DNA of 64,000 nt from Oculina patagonica (lineage: Eukaryota): NCBI RefSeq assembly GCF_052425735.1, contig NC_135764.1:27404001-27468000 (forward strand). Reading direction: 5' to 3'. Below, in pieces: positions 22,910-35,676 of this stretch. The notes under the pieces were generated by a model. The model did not search any database. It had not been told where the DNA came from and was given only the letters and a program-made list of their open reading frames with translations. Position 1 is the first letter of the stretch; each line of letters starts with the position of its first letter. The translations under genes were made by a program, and so were the position numbers.

Positions 22910-25900
22910 CCCCTGATTGAGTGTACCACTAGCGAAAAAATGTCAGACTGTGAACACAAAAAAATTAAAAAGGGAAATGTCGATGCCATTTTTACGTTCA
23001 TTTTTGATTGACACCCGGTTGAATTCTCTATTGACCTGGCCGAACATTCAACGTTACACCAGCTCTGTTACGGGGGGGGGGGGGGGGGGCGATTAGTCTT
23101 ATATAACAGTATTCTCGCCCCCATAACCATTTTCTTTTTATTTCTCTTAGCCAGCGAGGCCTCGGTACGAGAAACAAAGGCCTCTGGGGACACAGGATTC
23201 CCAGTCCTAGATTGTAGGACTTCCGGTCTCTATGCGTGCAGTCGTGATGTTTCAAAAGAATGTATGAGAGAGTCATTGCGTTTTTGACTTCCGTCCAAGA
23301 ATTCTAATAGTTTCAAACAGCCAATCTAAAAATTGAATTAATTCAAAAATTCTCTTTCCCCAGAGTCCTTCGCTTCTCGTGCCAAGACTTCGCCGCGTAA
23401 GAGACGCGAGAAGGGCTATGGAGACGACTGAGGATACAACAGTTAAGCAACAAATCAAACCAGACCTTTCAAAGGAGGATTTTCCTGCGGGAAGACTGGT
23501 GCCTTCTTGGGAATGGTCGGTAGAATCAACACGTCATATTTTTGGAGTGCCTCGTCGTACGCCTTACAAAGCTCTCGCCCCAGGTTCTGCGCCTTTCCGT
23601 AGAAAATGTTGTTGTAATCTTCTTGTAAATACTTTGCTAGCAGCACAACGAACTTGCAACTTTTTGACAGATCGTTTGAGTGGCATTTGAGGCCTCGGGA
23701 GGACGCCTCTTGTAAAGTGGTGTCGTAGTACATCTCTGCAGAGGTCTCACGACCTAACAGGGAGCAAAGAAACAACTTTTAAAAATGACTAGAAATTTCA
23801 CACGTCACACCGATTTCTTGAATTTGCCTTACTCCCAAATGTCTCTTATCACGGCATTCAAGTTGGCGGATAGACGCACAAAGACGTGACACTTTTAAGA
23901 TGGCGGATTCATCATGGGGGAGCCAAAATGGCGGATTGACGATCGAGCAAGCAGCAAGCTAGGGGAAAATAGCAAAACGTCCGGTATTAACTAAATAATA
24001 CAATTAATAAAAATACCCTGTTTTACTCTGCATGTTCGGCATCATTTAACAACATCACAAAGCAATTTTTTTTCTTTAAGAGCAACGCGGACGCGGTTGT
24101 GTTCCATCGGCGAATAGACAACAATGGGAGAACCTATCAGATTCTCGGCTTTTCGGTAGAATTAGACTGAGTGTCCACTTGAAAAGGATGGTTGCCAAAC
24201 ATATTTATACTGCCTTGGTCCTCCTGTGCATTTTTGGCACATTCCTTATTTTTTTCCTTAAGGGCTTTACGGTAACCGTGACAACAGCAGCTTACCAGCT
24301 CCAAGCTGCAAGATGACACCAAAGATTTTCGTACCTGCCATGGAACGTAAAAAAAAAAACTAAACTTAACAATATGACACAAATGACCAAACAAAGGGAA
24401 CATTCATCTTTTTATGCCAGGGGATGGGCTGGCAAGAATTGAGGGGGGAGGGGGGGGCACGAAAAATCCAGGATGTTCTGAGGGGAGGGGTCACCTTCAA
24501 ATGTTGCAGACAAAGAGGTGGGCTATCTGTTTTCTTATTAACACCTCTTTTTAATTATGATCGTGTGTATTACGGTATTTATGTGTTCAGATCATGTTTG
24601 GTTGTTGTTTTTTTTTTTTTTTTGGGGGGGGGGGGGCATTATGTTTTTCTTTTGTTTGGAAGGGGGTCAACATGTTTTGATTTTGTCTATAATGAATCTT
24701 GCCAGCCCACCCCCTGGCATAAATAATGAATGGTCCCAAAATGCTATTTGAGGACAATGAATATAGATCTTTTTAGTAGTTGATTATTTTAATATAGTTT
24801 AAGAAACAGAATTTTACTATATTTGTACAAAGTTTAGCTTAGCTAATAATTGAAATTAGGTTTTTAAATGTATAAATGTCCAGGTCTTAGTTAGGTGTCC
24901 ACGATTAGTAGAGGAGACTTTTTCACTCAGCTACTGCATTTTTGACACGAAAATAAAGTTATTGTTGTTGTTGTTGTTAACACACCAGTGACGTTGATCT
25001 GAAGTATCCAGACAATATTTCTGCAAAAAAAATTGATTCTAAGTAAAGTAAATGAAGTTCCGTTTAACTTGAATTTGCATACTTTTGACTGTATACAATT
25101 TACAGATCTCATCCTTGACGGCAAACTATAACTTTGTTCTCGAAGAATTTAGCTTGAGAACTCGTTTTTTTAAGGCCTAACAGAACCCGTTTCTATAAAA
25201 CCTATCCATTTATTTAATGGATAGGTTTTTTTAAGATGTTTCCCAAAAAGGTCCGCATCCATCAGACAGCTTTTTTGGTTATCAAATTTTGTGGTAGAAT
25301 TATTGTTTTTGTTATTTAACATCATCATTGGTTTCTTTACGAAAAAGGACTCAATCATTTGTTCTATACAAATGTTTTAAATTGGTTTATTTTGTTCAAA
25401 CCAGCCCGGTTCAAGTAGTCGCACTGTAAACTTAATGATCACGAGGAACTAAGCCAGGGTATCCCTTCACAGCGGTCAAACGCAAAAATTGGCGTCACGT
25501 CCGGTTTTTTGCCGCCTTGAACCTTTTTAAGAATTTGACTCGAAAGTGTGCAAAGGTTTGTAAGAAAATGTTACAGAAATGAGGCCCTGCCAGGGTAAAT
25601 TCCGACAAGCGACGTGGCCCAAAAAGTAGCGACAGCACATAAAATAAAATCGCGACAAACGACAACCCTTATGAAAAACCTTAAATTCCGACAAGGACAA
25701 GCAATTTTCCTTCAATTCAACTACCGACAGCGACACGAAGAGCGATAAAACAGCGACACGGGACATTTTTAAATTTAGACAAGCGACACATTTCCCATCC
25801 ATAAGCGGCGTATAATCCTTAACTTTCCAGGGACGGCGTTAACTTTTGACTTTAAAGCGAAAGTTTTCGGAACATTAAAGACTTTGTATGGAGAATTTTA

Positions 25901-28900
25901 GCGTGAATTGCACAGGAACTGCGCACGCGCTTGCCGTTTGACCGCTGTATGTTCCACTGTGTGGGGAACATGGCATGGCCGGTAACATGGCAGTCCCCAT
26001 AAAACCTTTCTAACGACCCTTTTAAGCCTTCTGAATCTTCTAAGCAATAAAAAGAAAACTCAGTTGATGAAAACTAATACACAGGAGAGAGACAATGGTC
26101 ATTTACCGTCAGAGTGCATTGGGATCGACACTTCCTCCACAACTGCGCCGCATTTAGTACCAAGCAATCCAGCGGCTTCCCTGACCATCTTGTCAACATC
26201 CGCTTCTGAATTTTTCAAGCCAAACCCTTCCTTTAAGATTCCTATCTTCAAGCCATCTATCTTTCCTGTGAGCTGGTATATATAAAAGGTAAGTATAAAT
26301 GTAGCGATTAAGTAAAGGCCAATCGTCGATGAACAACGCATGTTGAAAACTAACGACAAAGAAAATGGCAAACCAAAACAAATAAAAAGAAAAAAAATGT
26401 TAAAAAACGACAACATACCAGTGCAGTGTACTCTGGAATTTTAAGATCACGTGGTTGCCTTGGGTCCAGTCCGTCTTCATATCCAGACATAGCCTACAAA
26501 TAAGTATTTATTTAAATACCATTAGAACTGAAAAGGTATCGTTATAAAATTTCAGTTATTTGGAACGTTCCACATCATTTCCACGCATTATTTATCAGGT
26601 TTTGTGCTGTCTTCGATCGTTTGCTTGTTTGTTCGTTTGTTTGTTTGTTTGTTTGTTTACTAACCCACTTTACATGAGAAAAAAGGCGATGGTAAAAAAA
26701 TTTAATAGTTCACTGAGTAGGCCTTAGATCCCAGCGGGGAGAGGTACTCAAATTCTTTTTTTTTTGTACGGAAAGGCTCCACCCCTCCACCCTAAGCCTT
26801 TCATATACCATTTTCGACAGAAAAGGTAACTCTTTAGAATTCCTTCGATAGGAAATGATATCCCTTTCACATACCTACAGAACAGACACTTCACTTCTTC
26901 TGATAACTTTTCGATTGACAACCCATGAATTAAGTTGGTCCACATGGTCTACTCGAGATATTTCTAAGGGCCCTTTCAAATACCTAAATGACAGTTTCCC
27001 TTATCCTTTTCTATGCTCCAACTCGTAACATTTCTGCCCTTTTAAATACCTGAAATAGGTATTCGTTTCCGGCGGAGCTTCTCCGTATAGTCCACTACAG
27101 GAAGTATCCCCACCCTCCCCTCGGGCCTTATATATACTTATATATAGAGGATATTACAGGTGGCGAGAAGATATGAATTTTATTTCGAGTGGCAGAAACG
27201 ATATCTCACGAGTGAGCGTAGCGAACGAGTGGGATATCGTTTTTGCCACAGAAATAAATTTATCTGAGCCAACGTGTAATGTTCTTTTTATTATATGGAG
27301 ACCGGATGTAGTTGACGTTGCCGATTTTTATTTCATTGTTTTCGAATAATCGAGCCTGTTTAACAAATCAGCGTTCGTCTTCATAGAAAATACAAAGCAC
27401 CCGTGCCCAGGATATAGAAACACTAAAAACTGAATTCCGATCAAACAAAATACTTGTCAACTAAATAACACGTAAGAACTGAAAACATTACTGACTTTGA
27501 CTTGAAACCGATGCGGCAAAGTTTTGATAGCCGATCGATCGATAGTGTTCAACTGCTTTTGTTTTCTTCTCTACGACAACTTGCAATGGTACGCGCGGTG
27601 AAATCCCTTGTGAAGAATTCTCTCTAAAAACCTTGAAATTGTCAAGGTTTTCATTATCGTGTACTCATTCTTAACTTTTTTGGAAAACTCATTCTTTTTC
27701 GTTGTTTAGTTAAACAAATTAAAGATGAATTCCAGTCCGTACTGCGCAATCTCGGCTGCAATGTTTATCAGAGCCCAACACGAAGGAATGTTTACAAGCA
27801 AAACTAAAAATTCCGCGACAAACTTACCTTTTTCTTCATTATTAACGTCAGATATCCTTGCAGAACAAATAATAACGAGTAGAGGAACCTTGACGCTATT
27901 TCAAACCGACGTTTCAGCTCATCGGAAATTCTTGAAGTGAACGAACTGTAATGGCGGACTAAAACTCTTCATGTATGCTGTCACCGAAGTGTAACGTTTC
28001 AACGAATTCAAAACAAAAACGAAAACAAACCCCGAGTCTGCGCAGTACGGACTGGAAATCAGCTTTAAACCTTCGTGTTGATGCTAACAACAAACGACAC
28101 GAAACCAATTTCATTCAGCAAAATAGAAATGGCGCGAATCGTGACGTCAATGAGCGATATGTCACTCGCAAGAGTGTCATACGGAAAATACGCCACTCGG
28201 GTCCCGGATGGAGTGGCGTATGGAATCTACGAGTGGTTTAGTTCCCAGTAAAACACTCTCCTCCATATAGATATCATCCACGTATTGAAAACAATCATTT
28301 TAAAATTAAATCGTTACTTTAAAAAATACATACGAGATTTAATTTTGTTACATAAACGGTGTTAAAGCAAGCTTAATGTGAGTCGGCTTCTGATCATAAA
28401 GACGTATGTCAGTATGACAATTTCAAGCTAAAAGATAGTTTAGTTATTACATGGACTTCTTACCTCCAACATAAGAGCAGTGTCGTAAACGGTCCTGGCC
28501 ATAGGTCCCGCATGATCCAAAGTGTACTCTATTGACGCAATACCCGTATATGGCACTAACCCGTATGTGGGTTTTAAACCCACAATGCCACACGCGGCGG
28601 AAGGAATCCTTATGGAGCCTCCTTGGTCTCCACCTGTTGCCATGTCAACCTTTCCTCCGGCCACCTTCACACCCAACAAAAAGAAGTTATTAAGTTTTTT
28701 AGTAGTATGGCCGCACTCGCATTTACCACATGTATATTCCATTGCTACTACTGGACACTCATTCATTTATTTCACTTATACTTGGGCCGAGTATCATGTC
28801 CACATAAAGGGCACCCAACCGACCGCTCTCATGTGGCTTTAATGCTAGGTGGTAGAGCATTGCACCGGTAACGCAAAGGTCGTGGGTTCGATTCCCGCTC

Positions 28901-31900
28901 AAAGCCTGAAATTGTTTTTAAGGTTTTTCAGTAGTATGGCCGCACTCGCATTTACCACATATATTCCATTGCTATTGCTGGACACTCATTCATTTATATC
29001 TTCTAAGTGTATATACCCTTTATAACCAAACGTAAAAGTGCGCGGTATGTTTTTTTTGTCACATTTGATTCTTTTTATATAAACCTGCTCTAACGAGGCT
29101 CCTAAAGCTCAGTAGTACAGCGTCCATCAGTATGCAAAAGGTCATAGGTCGAATTCTATTGAGATAAATCGCTTTTTTGTTTTTTAATAGCGGCTGACTG
29201 ATAAATATCTGTTCAGTTATGCTCTATTAAGTTTAACATATCATCTGATTCTTTCACGTCAATCATCAGTCAATTAATAAGCGCGGAAAGGGAGACTGGT
29301 GTAGTGGCGCGCATACCGTGCTTGATTACGATAATTACTGCGACAGCCGGAAATACGTCTGCTTTCGCGGGCTACGTTTGTTTTGTTTGTAGTTTGTTTT
29401 GTTCCTTGGAGAGCGTATTTATCCTTTGAACAACCGGGCCCTGGGCAATCCATGGGCGCTATCAATCTATTTAGAACATATGGTGCTCTTCGCTTTGCAA
29501 ATCGTTCTATTTCCTTACCAGAGCAGCAGATCCTGAAGAAGACCCTCCAGCCATTCTTTTGTTATTGTGTGGATTCACCACAGGACCAGTGTGGGCAGTA
29601 AAGCTTCCTCCACTGCAACATAAATCCTCAACGACACTTTTACCAACTATGTTGCCACCTGCGTCCAGTATCCGGGACACCACAGTAGCATCGACATCCG
29701 GGACAAAGCCTTGTAGAGTGAGGGAACCGTTCATCATGGGTACACCCGCCACACATGTATTATCCTTTACGGCCACCGTCTTGCCATAGAGTTTGCCATT
29801 TGATGCTCCCTTGATGTCACAGCGCCAGTACCTGATAGAACGGTTTTCACTTGAGTGTCGAAAGTAATTTGCGTTTGCTTTGGTTTTGCGTTCACTACGC
29901 TAAGTAATTGGTTTAAAAATTTCGCGCCACTTTCTCGGCCAATCAGGAGTAAAACCAAAACCAATTGTGACTCGCTCGCGCACGTTTTCCCTCGCTTCGT
30001 GCCAACTACATGTATTTGCTTCGAGTTTTGATTGGTTCACTCGATTGTCTGTGTCCTTTGTGATTGGCCAGAGTAATTACTTTGGTTTTGGTTTTACGAC
30101 ACTCAATTGAAAACTGCTCTAAAGAAGTTATGTTTTATATGTCACAGTATGTTTCTACTCAAACTGTTGAGAATTAAATGGACGTTATAACAAATAATTC
30201 TCCAAAAAATTAAATGATCTACGTGCTGCATGGTAGCCCAAATTTTAGAATCATTCTCTAAAAATGGGTTGAAACCTTCGCATAACTGGACGGGATAGTA
30301 TTTGGAGTTTTTATCTTTTATTGACCTTTGTTACTCACAGAGCGATCGGCCTTAGTTTCGGTAAGATAAACCAACGACTCTAAATATTCAGGGTTTACTT
30401 CAATCTGTTTGATTTGTTTTTTATCTCTTAAGCCCGGGCTAAACGAGGATGAGAGTTGATGAGAGTTTCTCGTTTGGCATGGAACTCTCATGCACTCTCA
30501 TCGACTCTCATCCGCTCTCATCGACTTTGAACGTGCTCACATTTTTACGAGAGTCGATGAGAGTTTGACGGACTCTCGTTCTCGTTAGGCCTTAGTTGAT
30601 GATAGTTGATGAGAGTTGACGAAAACTTCCATGAGAGTCAACTATCATCCTCGTTTGGCCCAGGCTTTACTCACCAGGCATTGTAAGGGTTGTCGTCCTG
30701 TGCTGGTCTGTAACCTGGAGTCCGAGGATATTTCACTGGCAGCTTGGGGTCTGGTAACTCGTACAGCCTTTGGTAGGTATCAGCCAAAGTGCTGGAAATA
30801 GCCTCTGTTCAATTCAAACTTGGTTTTGTACTGAAAATAAGCCTCTGCAGTCACGTTGGGAGAAAAGTACCAGCTAGTTATGCAGTCAATGCAAGTCCTA
30901 CGATTTATACATGAGCCTCTGGCTCGGACATTGAGGGAGACCTCGTCCCACATATGGACAATAAAATTGCATTGTATTGCCTTGTATCACTCACAGTCGA
31001 AACCGGGGACCGCGGAAGAGAAATCTCCGGAACCTAAGGTACCTCGACTTAACAACCTCGTTCCCAGGGCGCTTTTCCCTCTCATTTTGATTGGCTGACT
31101 GGTCGGTCTGTCTCTTTTTTGATTGGCCAGAGAAATTCCCCCCCCCCCCCCCTACTTTGGTTTGGTTTTACTACACTCAATTGAAAACTGCTCTAGAGCC
31201 GGAGTTTGAAACCTCGATCAACTTTTAATTCCGTGTTCGTGTCTTAGGGTTAATAAACTTTGGAACAGCCTGGCCCTGTTTACAATAACACTAATTCCCA
31301 CCTCGATAAGCTGTAAGCTCATCCGCTTCAATGTCTAGTCCCAGACCTTTTGCAATTCCAGATAGACGGCAAAGGCTTGGTACACGGACAGCGGGTTCTT
31401 TGTAGAGCTTTTCTGATAGAGTAAAGAGATTAAAAAAAAAAACTTTAGAAGAAAATTAAGAACTTAAGAACTGCAGGACCTACTTCTTGCTGGCATTTCA
31501 ATTCTTTTTACTGAAGAAGGGGATGTAACCCCGAAACGTGTGGAGCATATTTCTTCTCTCTGGCGCATTGTTCACCATTAAAATCAGCATTAAAAATCAC
31601 TGTTTATATGCGCTACACAGGTGCTCGAAATTTCTTTAAAAATTTCTTTGTTAGACCTCACAAACAAAATGAGCGCCCGAAAACTAAACGAAAGAACAGA
31701 TTTCTTTTCTTTCAGTCATTTTTCTCACTTTTTTGCTCTCAGTCAGGAGGGTCACGCTGCTAGCGTGACCAGCAATGGCCAGAGATGGCGTTACTCATTG
31801 TCAATGTTCTTGTTGATTTAAAATTTCCGTTTAAACTCCAAGATGAGCCATTTGATGTGGAAATTAACTTTTAACTACCAGTTTAAACTTGCAGTCTTGA

Positions 31901-32503
31901 GTTTTAGTTTCATTTATAGGCAATTTTAGATCAGTTTAACTATAAAACATGGGCATTTGGTAGCGCGTGCACGACATCACGCATTGTGCTCAGACAGCGA
32001 TCGAGTCCTGTCGCCTTTTGGCTTTAAGCATCGCTGGATGTTGTTTTATAACGCTGTATGTTTTACTCTATCAGTTAGATTCATTGAACTTTCATGAATC
32101 TTCGCTCAAAACATTTGTGTCAATCTCAGTAGCAGGTATTACAAATTTACATCTTAAAGACTGAAACTAACAAAGGACCATGCATAAATTTATTGAAAGT
32201 TTATAAGTTTCTGTCGACAACGTTTATAACCTTTGTAACTTTGGTGCAAGCCGATTGCAAAGGTTTAAAAATAAATGAAATAAACTGACGGAAGATCTCT
32301 AAAAACTACTGGTTTCAACACCCTAAAACTGTGAAAAGCCAAGGCGCGGAAATGTACTTGTTTTGTTCTCAGACAAAGGCCAGTCGATCGCGAGCGAGTC
32401 TGTGTTTAAAAAACATCAATCATTTATCAGACGATAAAACCGTTGAAGTTGAAATTTTTACTTCAACAGAAACTGACTTACCTTGCTTTTTACCTTCCGC
32501 CAT
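22136..32503 (-). CDS. Amidase-signature family amidase (copy 2), 10 coding exons, ~512 aa
   Basis: Exons on - strand: 32482-32503, 31302-31412, 30675-30804, 29519-29831, 28464-28664, 26419-26493, 26107-26272, 24296-24334, 23466-23753, 22136-22329. Total 1539 nt, in frame, with the same intron positions as copy 1. AVKD, GGSSSGS and [11 protein letters not shown] are intact. Exon 8 (39 nt) is the least certain. Confidence 0.9.
23110..23433. mobile_element. MITE with 9-bp TSD, same family as the outer element at 59431-61711
   Basis: Near-TSD ATATAACAG / ATACAACAG. Internal CCAGTCCTAGATT..GGACTTCCGGT...AAAAGAATGTATGAGAGAGTC is shared with 60920-61000. Confidence 0.7.
25470..25947. mobile_element. 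Non-autonomous TIR element
   Basis: CAGCGGTCAAACG / CGTTTGACCGCTG terminal inverted repeat with internal GCGACA repeats. No clear TSD. Confidence 0.5.
27144..28270. mobile_element. Interspersed element with internal hairpin (Crypton-like non-autonomous?) hosting a Kolobok-like MITE
   Basis: Starts ATAGAGGATATTACAGGTGGCGAG, contains the hairpin ACGATATCTCACGAG...GAGTGGGATATCGT, and ends CTCCTCCATATAG. Class assignment is tentative. Confidence 0.45.
27723..28064. mobile_element. 342-bp Kolobok-like MITE (copy 2)
   Basis: TTAA at 27719-27722 and 28065-28068. Same length and nearly the same sequence as 3281-3622, inverted. Confidence 0.85.
28699..28997 (+). repeat. tRNA-like repeat unit flanked by ~70-bp direct repeats
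   Basis: AGTAGTATGGCCGCACTCGCATTTACCAC...CTCATTCATTTAT occurs at about 28701 and 28931. Between them lie A/B-box-like GGTAGAGC and GGTTCGATTCCC. Confidence 0.6.
29836..30121. mobile_element. MITE TAGA(A/G)C(G/A)GTTTTCA..TGAGTGTCG
   Basis: TIR TAGAACGGTTTTCACTTGAGTGTCG / CGACACTCAATTGAAAACTGCTCTA. Partial copy at about 31082-31194. Confidence 0.75.
30431..30666. mobile_element. PIF/Harbinger-like MITE
   Basis: TTA|AGCCCGGGCTAAACGAGGATG ... CATCCTCGTTTGGCCCAGGCT|TTA with a 3-bp TTA TSD. Internal GATGAGAG/CTCTCATC repeats. Confidence 0.75.
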
Positions 32504-33046
32504 CTCGATCACTAAGAATTTCTTGGATCTGAAAAGAGGAGAAAGAAAGGAGGAAAGACAAATGTACGATCTACTCCCAGTGTGATCAGCAGGCGAGCTT
32601 GTTATTGTGATCGTGATGTCACCTGTCACATCTGTCACGCTGGCACAGGCAGACCAACAAAACAGGTCCAGTGGAACCTCGATTTAAGGCGGGGATAAAT
32701 GTGAATTTTAATCAAATTTTAAGAGGTTTAAAAAAGAATTAGAAGAAAGAAAACTATTTTTGGAACACCACTAGACAGTTTAAGCTTGTTTACCCACGCA
32801 AGGGCATCCTAGGTTCATTTTTTCCATTCTAGCACTGACCCTGAAGAATACTAAAATAAAACAATTCTTTATTTAAACAAACAAACTTCTGTGATAATTA
32901 TCTATGGCGCAAAACTATTTACAATAAACGGTTCTATGATACAGCCGTTAAAATGAAAACCAAAATATGTTATATAAAGCCGTGTGTAGCGCTTAAAATT
33001 GGAATGAGCGATTTAAAATGCAAAGGAAACATAATGGTTACAATGT

Positions 33047-33428
33047 GCCGCCGCCTGGTTAGCTCAGTGAGTAGAGCACCGGACTGCTGTGCGGGAGGTC
33101 GTGGGTTCGAACGCCCAGACCGGACCAACACTCAGGGTCTTAAAACAACCGAGGAGAATGTGCTGCCTTTGTCATTTCATCTGCAAATGGTTAGACATTC
33201 TAGTCTTCTCGGAAAAGGACGGTAAACCTTAGGTCCCGTCTCCTGTATCTTCAGTCTTATAGCAGGGGACGTTAAAGAACCCACACACTATTCGTAAAGA
33301 GTAGGGCACGAAGCTCCCGGTGTTGTGGTCTGGCCTTTACAATTGTGTAGTAAAATTACAGTACGTGTAAAGCGCATTTGAACATATACATATGAAAAAT
33401 GCGCTATATAAATACATTATCATTATCA
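33047..33428 (+). mobile_element. tRNA-derived SINE with L2-like tail
   Basis: A box GGTTAGCTCAGTGAG and B box GGGTTCGAA; body GGGGACGTTAAAGAACCCACACAC; tail GCGCTATATAAAT plus (CATTAT)n. 5'-truncated relatives at 45397-45690 and 55975-56272. Confidence 0.8.
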
Positions 33429-35676
33429 ATGTGGGTTTAATGTGATCCGGCGTACGCGAGTAAAAGAGTAGTTGTACTAGTCTAAATATTGGTTCATTAA
33501 AGGTGCCCTTGCCGTAGTGCCAGCCTTGCAATTTAAATTAGTTATCAGGGCACTGTTTTAGTGCCCATTTACTAATTTTTAACTTTAAATTCTTGGGGTT
33601 GATTAGAACAGTGTTCCAACTCTATGTAATATTTAAACCGATAAGAGATGAAAAAACTTTTAAGCAAAAGACTTTTTAAAGTCGTAATAGAAGATGAAAG
33701 GATCTTGAAGGATTTTAATTTCTAGATAAATAGCCACTTGTCAGTATTATAAAAAAAGCAAACTAAAAGATATTAGTTTGTTAAGTACCGACCCTAAACC
33801 AATTAAGACTGACAAATAAAAACTAATTATTACCCCCAGGAAGTATTTGACAGTTTAGTCAACAAACTGAATTGTATGAGATGAGAGAAACAAAATTTTT
33901 CATTTTCCACTGAGCTGGGCTGGGAGAAACAAGTCCCGTGACACGTTAAGGTAAGTGACCGTACAATTGAAAAGATTATGTAGCATCCAGTATGAAAAAA
34001 AAAACCAAGAGTGCGACGAAACGTTGTCTAAAAACCAGTTAAGACCGTAAATTTTTCTCACGCCTGTACCACGGGCTGAAGACGAGTCCCTAGCAAAACA
34101 TGGATTTGGCAAACGTTTTAAAATTACTATGACTATTTATATTGTTTTTAAAAGAGAGGAAAAAAGGATGACTATTTTTTCGAGCAGTAAATAATGAATG
34201 ATTTCAGTTCGCAATAGTATTCTGCTTCAATTGTCACACACCAATAAAAATCATTGCTAGCGATAACGAAAACTGACATTTTTATACTCAGAAGTATTTT
34301 CCTCTGCATTATTACCTTTAAGCCGGCGCCCATGTAATAACTCAGTGACCAAATGACCAATCTATTATTTTAAAGTAGCACTCCCCAAGCAACAACAAAA
34401 AACTACAGCTTACTGATATCCACGCTCTAAGCTAACTTTACGAGGGAGCACTGCGTGTTAAGTTTAAGCTAAAGAGTGGAAATGCGACCATTACTTTTCG
34501 CTAACCAAAAGATGTCTCAGAAATTCCATGCGAACAATACTAAGTTACGTAAGAGGGAAAATGGTGAAGGAGTTGTCCGCGTGCTGCTGTTTCTGACTCT
34601 CGCCTCTGAAGCAGTCACGATAATTCCACTATTTAAAAAAAAAAATAAATGTTCAATGCGCTCATTTAGTGCACTTTGTATACAAGTTTCTCAGTCTTTA
34701 GAGCAATCCAAAGTACCTCACTCGTTATTGCTTTAGCGGTCATTCCAAACCGTGCTTTTCCTCGACTCTTCTACTAACGAATTTAGGACCTGCATTTTTG
34801 TCGAAAGTTGTAAAATACTTTGGCAACTTAAAGTCCTAAAAATTAAAATAAATATTGACACTGTTACATTTACAGTAATTAGTCCACGCGTTGGTCCTAT
34901 CCGGATAAAGACGTTCTTTCGCATATTAGTATACATAATATGAAATAATTAGTTCTTATTAACCGAGCATGATGTCAGAATGGGACAATCCTGAACAAGG
35001 TCGAGAGTACAGACCAACCGTAGTGAGGTCTCACTATCGATTGAGGTCAAGATTCTTCCGAGCAGACCGACTAATTAAGCTAAGTGAGTAAGATGTTTAA
35101 GATATGGCCGAACAAGAAAACTTACAGTCGCCTAATGTAGCCGGTTCGTACTCCCCGACATTTTGCTCGCAAATGGATATGAAAACGTTTTGGCGACTAG
35201 TGTTTTGACGACACGCCTGAGCTGAACTTAAATTTGCCAAAAAAATTGTTCGTTTTCGTTACTTCCTTCTCGTCAAGTTTTTTGGCTTTTTCGTTCATAT
35301 TTTTCGGAGACTGAACAAGTCAATAATTTTTGTTTGTAATATTCTCATTGCAAAATGCAACAGTTAGACTGCGTTCGATATCGACATTATATAGCCAACC
35401 AAGTAGTGAGACTTGTCCATAAAAGTAATGACAGTACAGTTTTTATACATCCAAAAGGAATTAATAAAATTTACAGTAACTAAGTAGAGTAAATAAGTAT
35501 CTGGCTTTCCTCCCCAGGAATACAGCAGTCAAATTATTGAAACATACTTTTTTGAATGAATTTACTTCTAAATATAAACTTATTGAATTCTCATTACGTT
35601 TTTTGACAAATGTTTGCATCATTTCAAACTGAACAAACTCGAATCCACTTTGTCATACGTATTGCAGGTTTTCGCG

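Noticed and set aside
24133-24155. Possible 15-nt microexon (AENLI) for amidase 2
   Set aside because: In frame, but both acceptor and donor are weak; not supportable.
28830-33130. tRNA-like sequences at ~28833-28908 and ~33050-33120
   Set aside because: No clean cloverleaf, and they run into repeat bodies; treated as SINE/repeat heads.
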